From a virus (lineage: Duplodnaviria; Caudoviricetes): a stretch of DNA of 37,413 nucleotides. This document shows positions 34,989-37,413 of the stretch, one piece after another. The notes below the pieces were generated by a model. It searched no databases, had not been told where the DNA came from, and saw only the letters and a list, made by a program, of their open reading frames with translations. The stretch spans positions 1 to 37,413 of IMG/VR virus record IMGVR_UViG_3300022670_000248. The stretch is one strand, 5' to 3'. Position numbers and translations under genes: made by a program. Positions within the stretch are counted from its first letter, which is position 1. Every line of letters begins with the position of its first letter.

Positions 34989-35479
34989 TTGTAGATATCG
35001 AACCGGATTCGTTTTTCTAGAAACAGTTCTTTTGAGAGTTCAATATCGACATGGTGTTTTTCCATCTTCTCCTTGGATGATTCGAGGCACACGACACGGC
35101 CTAGATTCCTGCTGATGATACTCATCGTACATGGAACACACGGGGGATAAGTGACATACAAGGTTGATCCCACTAAATTCCTTGTCGAATTATTCATGGC
35201 GTTTTGTTCGGCATGAATCATCAACTGGTGTTTCACATCGTAATCGCTTAGCCGTTTTTTTGAATCGACAATCCCCTCGGGAAATCCGTTGTACCCAACA
35301 TCAATATCCCGCTTACCTCTGGCAATGATCGCGCCTACGCCCGTGCGCGGGTCTTTGCTCCACACCGAAACGTGAAGGGCTAAATTCAAAAACCGTAAAT
35401 CCCAATGCAGGCAATTCGAATAAAAATCACCCTGACCTTCGTTGATATTATTGGTGTACTGCAATACAAAATCTGTCAT
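34985..35479 (-). CDS. dCMP deaminase
   Basis: SKDP..GVGA, GYNGFP, HAEQNA, PCVPC. Confidence 0.93.
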   Translation of the reverse strand: MTDFVLQYTNNINEGQGDFYSNCLHWDLRFLNLALHVSVWSKDPRTGVGAIIARGKRDIDVGYNGFPEGIVDSKKRLSDYDVKHQLMIHAEQNAMNNSTRNLVGSTLYVTYPPCVPCTMSIISRNLGRVVCLESSKEKMEKHHVDIELSKELFLEKRIRFDIYK

Positions 35480-35637
35480 CGTCTCAATCTCACTATCTGT
35501 TTTAACCAGTCCCCGGTGTAATGCGGCTTCGGAAATCTTTTCACCAAGTACGCCATCGCCTTCGAATTATCCCTCCAATTCTTCACCAGAGCCGGGGTTA
35601 CTATTGATTCGTCTAGCTGAGGAAGCCTGAGCTTCAC
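35476..35637 (-). CDS. Hypothetical protein (53 aa)
   Basis: Found by hand: GTG start, GTGA/ATGA overlaps on both sides. Confidence 0.5.
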   Translation of the reverse strand: MKLRLPQLDESIVTPALVKNWRDNSKAMAYLVKRFPKPHYTGDWLKQIVRLRR

Positions 35638-35855
35638 CGTACCCGCTTTTTAGCAATCGTGTGATGGTAGGGGAAGTCTTTTTTTGCCGCAGTCTTATCG
35701 ACGTACCGATAGCCTGATATCCCGCATTGATTACACCTGTAAAAAAACGCATCCCCTAGCTCGTGTAACGGAGCCATCCCACCGCACTCAGGACAGTCTA
35801 AAGTTTCGTCAACAATCCGTAATTCGTAGCCGGTATTAAGCCTCAGCCTCGACAT
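35634..35855 (-). CDS. Zn-ribbon protein
   Basis: CPECGG...CNQCG; GGAGG SD. Confidence 0.65.
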   Translation of the reverse strand: MSRLRLNTGYELRIVDETLDCPECGGMAPLHELGDAFFYRCNQCGISGYRYVDKTAAKKDFPYHHTIAKKRVR

Positions 35856-36336
35856 TCATGAACCTCCCTTTCTCAAACTCCAACAACTCACGAGGCATGT
35901 ACTTCATCAGGAAGTCTCCCCCCGCGCCCGTGCGCTTCACCACTATAAAAAAATCGGTGTCGTATGTAGTCCACTTTTCCAACATCAGCGCATACTGCAA
36001 ACTATCTTCTGTCAATTTAAAATTAAATTCCTGATCGGTGTATATCTGACTCAACCACGTATATACAAACATCCCATCGGGAGCATGTACCAGATTGACC
36101 TTTTTAAACGAAGCCGATTTTTTAGCAGGAATCACTACATCGTCTTCGCCCAAGTCCAACGCAAGCTTGATGTAGTCGGATGCCTTGGTGAAATTTTTAT
36201 TATTCGATTCGCCCTGACCTACTACCCACATGGCATAATGCAAATGATCGGCAACAAGGTTTTTGATCGAGCAGCCCTTATGCTTACCGAAGGTAATTTG
36301 ATAATCCAACACTTCTTTAGTAGTCGGGTCTGCCAC
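35836..36336 (-). CDS. Protein with FGKHKG motif (DUF3820 / ExoX C-terminal-like)
   Basis: ITFGKHKG.SI..L.....HYAMW. Likely GTG start at 36336 with AGGAG SD. Confidence 0.7.
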   Translation of the reverse strand: MADPTTKEVLDYQITFGKHKGCSIKNLVADHLHYAMWVVGQGESNNKNFTKASDYIKLALDLGEDDVVIPAKKSASFKKVNLVHAPDGMFVYTWLSQIYTDQEFNFKLTEDSLQYALMLEKWTTYDTDFFIVVKRTGAGGDFLMKYMPRELLEFEKGRFMNVEAEA

Positions 36337-36362
36337 AGTTTCTCTCCTACAATTTCTCCTTA

Positions 36363-36392
36363 ACCATACCATAAGTTAAAATTATTTGTCAA
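36363..36392 (-). promoter_or_regulatory. Putative sigma70 promoter TTGACA-N18-TATGGT (TGn extended)
   Basis: Begins TTGACAAATA like the other early promoters. Confidence 0.55.
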
Positions 36393-36966
36393 TCTGTTTA
36401 GCCGGAATTACCTTCCACCCTTTTAAAACAGCCTCAAGCTTTTCGCCTAGTCTGGGAATCGTCCCCCGGTTAATTATTGTCACATCGATTAACGCCCGAT
36501 CAACACCATGTTCCGAAGGGTGCTTTTGCTCAGCCTCATCGAGAATAGAAATACTTCCCGGTCTCTGAATTTCCACCACAATACCCCCGCACTTTTTAAT
36601 CCAGTCAGCCTCGTTATCGAATCGAACATCAGTAACAAATACGAGTTTGATCGAGTCTGCTACCTCAACCACTTTATTTGACAACCACTTCACCCAAAAA
36701 TCTTTATCAATCATATCTCGGGCGAAGTCAGTTCCGAGTTTTTGCAACATCTCCCGGTAGGTGATTCCCCACTGAGCAGACATGTCTTCTTTGTTGTCAT
36801 AGAACTTGCCTAACGGTTCCTGAAATATATAAGCAGCAGCATGTTTAACCCCTGTCCCGAATGCCAATCTATAGGCCAGTGGGTGTTCGTGTGCGCTCAT
36901 GAATTGTTCTACAGCGGTATCTTTACCGCTTCCCGCTTTGCCCGTTATACCGACAATTACCGCCAT
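36382..36966 (-). CDS. Deoxynucleoside monophosphate kinase (T4 gp1-like)
   Basis: GITGKAGSGKDT, REMLQKLGTD, TDVRFDNE, HPSE. Confidence 0.92.
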   Translation of the reverse strand: MAVIVGITGKAGSGKDTAVEQFMSAHEHPLAYRLAFGTGVKHAAAYIFQEPLGKFYDNKEDMSAQWGITYREMLQKLGTDFARDMIDKDFWVKWLSNKVVEVADSIKLVFVTDVRFDNEADWIKKCGGIVVEIQRPGSISILDEAEQKHPSEHGVDRALIDVTIINRGTIPRLGEKLEAVLKGWKVIPAKQIDK

Positions 36967-37223
36967 GCTAATACCCTCGTTAGAATTTTATGAACAATCA
37001 AATGAAAACCCCGCGCAAAATATCTGCGGGTGTAATACCTTCGAATAAAAGAAGTCACGGTGAAAACCATGACAATTCCGAATGCAATCCCGGCTTTCGA
37101 GTTTGGAATATATTCTGGGAAGAGTACCGGAATCAGCCAGAGCATGACAGCCCACGACACTATAAACCCGATACCGATATCAACACTTGTCTCGATTAGA
37201 GACTCGATTCTAGTCTGTTCCAT
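36957..37223 (-). CDS. Two-TM phage membrane protein of unknown function
   Basis: QTR.ESL.E...IG.GF and FT..S.IR.Y..RR.F motifs. Confidence 0.75.
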   Translation of the reverse strand: MEQTRIESLIETSVDIGIGFIVSWAVMLWLIPVLFPEYIPNSKAGIAFGIVMVFTVTSFIRRYYTRRYFARGFHLIVHKILTRVLAWR

Positions 37224-37241
37224 ACTATCCCCTAGCAGTAT

Positions 37242-37413
37242 TTAATAATCTTTGAAAACCGCGTGACCGTTGGTAACCATCAACGTGTTCACCTCCATCC
37301 AATCGTTATCCGTAGGAGGCCCAAAGTTATTAGCCTCACCAATATACAGCGTCCCTATCCACCGCCCGAATTTACCTTTCTTATCTTTCTCGGTACGCAC
37401 CTTCATAAATGCC
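37242..37413 (-). CDS. SNase/thermonuclease-like protein, C-terminal part
   Basis: Translated by hand: ...KDKKGKFGRWIGTLY...VNTLMVTNGHAVFKDY*. Confidence 0.75.
   Translation of the reverse strand, partial: AFMKVRTEKDKKGKFGRWIGTLYIGEANNFGPPTDNDWMEVNTLMVTNGHAVFKDY

Larger units (their letters stand above)
1..37413 (-). mobile_element. Tailed bacteriophage genome segment (siphovirus-like), probably infecting a Gram-negative host
   Basis: Contiguous co-oriented portal, capsid, tail and tape measure genes plus DNA polymerase and nucleotide metabolism genes. No host housekeeping genes and no sheath gene. Host inferred only from the CsrA-like gene, a lipoprotein and the tail type. Confidence 0.97.

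Noticed and set aside
34985-36966. Hypermodified-base pathway inferred from dCMP deaminase + dNMP kinase
   Set aside because: Both are ordinary dNTP-supply genes, no modifying enzyme is recognisable in the window, and the restriction-site avoidance argues against it.
36957-37223. Holin call for the two-TM protein
   Set aside because: No endolysin or spanin nearby; the context is nucleotide metabolism.
1-37413. tRNA, structured ncRNA, reverse transcriptase/DGR
   Set aside because: Intergenic gaps are under ~100 nt and explained by promoters and terminators. No RT motifs or template/variable repeat pair were noticed by eye.

Overview
The whole window is a fragment of a tailed dsDNA phage genome (siphovirus-type), with essentially all genes on the minus strand. 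1-20.4 kb is the virion module: PBSX XkdE/F/G-like portal, protease and capsid genes, then neck, major tail, a frameshifted tail chaperone, tape measure, and a BR0599/DUF2163-type tail tip. 20.5-37.4 kb is an early/replication region: family A DNA polymerase, dCMP deaminase, dNMP kinase, SNase-like nuclease and many small ORFs. The most striking part is a co-regulated block at 24.9-30.4 kb. It holds a PPDK-derived dikinase whose pyruvate-binding barrel is replaced by an unrecognised ~190-aa domain, two CX5R phosphatases, a motif-rich 330-aa unknown protein, a CsrA-like protein and Zn/wHTH regulators, all behind near-identical sigma70 promoters. Also visible: two promoter classes defined by their spacer sequence, a 14-bp palindrome in 4 copies, a prohead protease apparently split between two genes, three in-frame -1 slippery sites in the tail chaperone, and an apparent absence of CCWGG, RGATCY and CTGCAG sites. 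No terminase, integrase, lysis cassette, tRNA or CRISPR array was seen. All family assignments come from motif recognition by eye, not from database searches.
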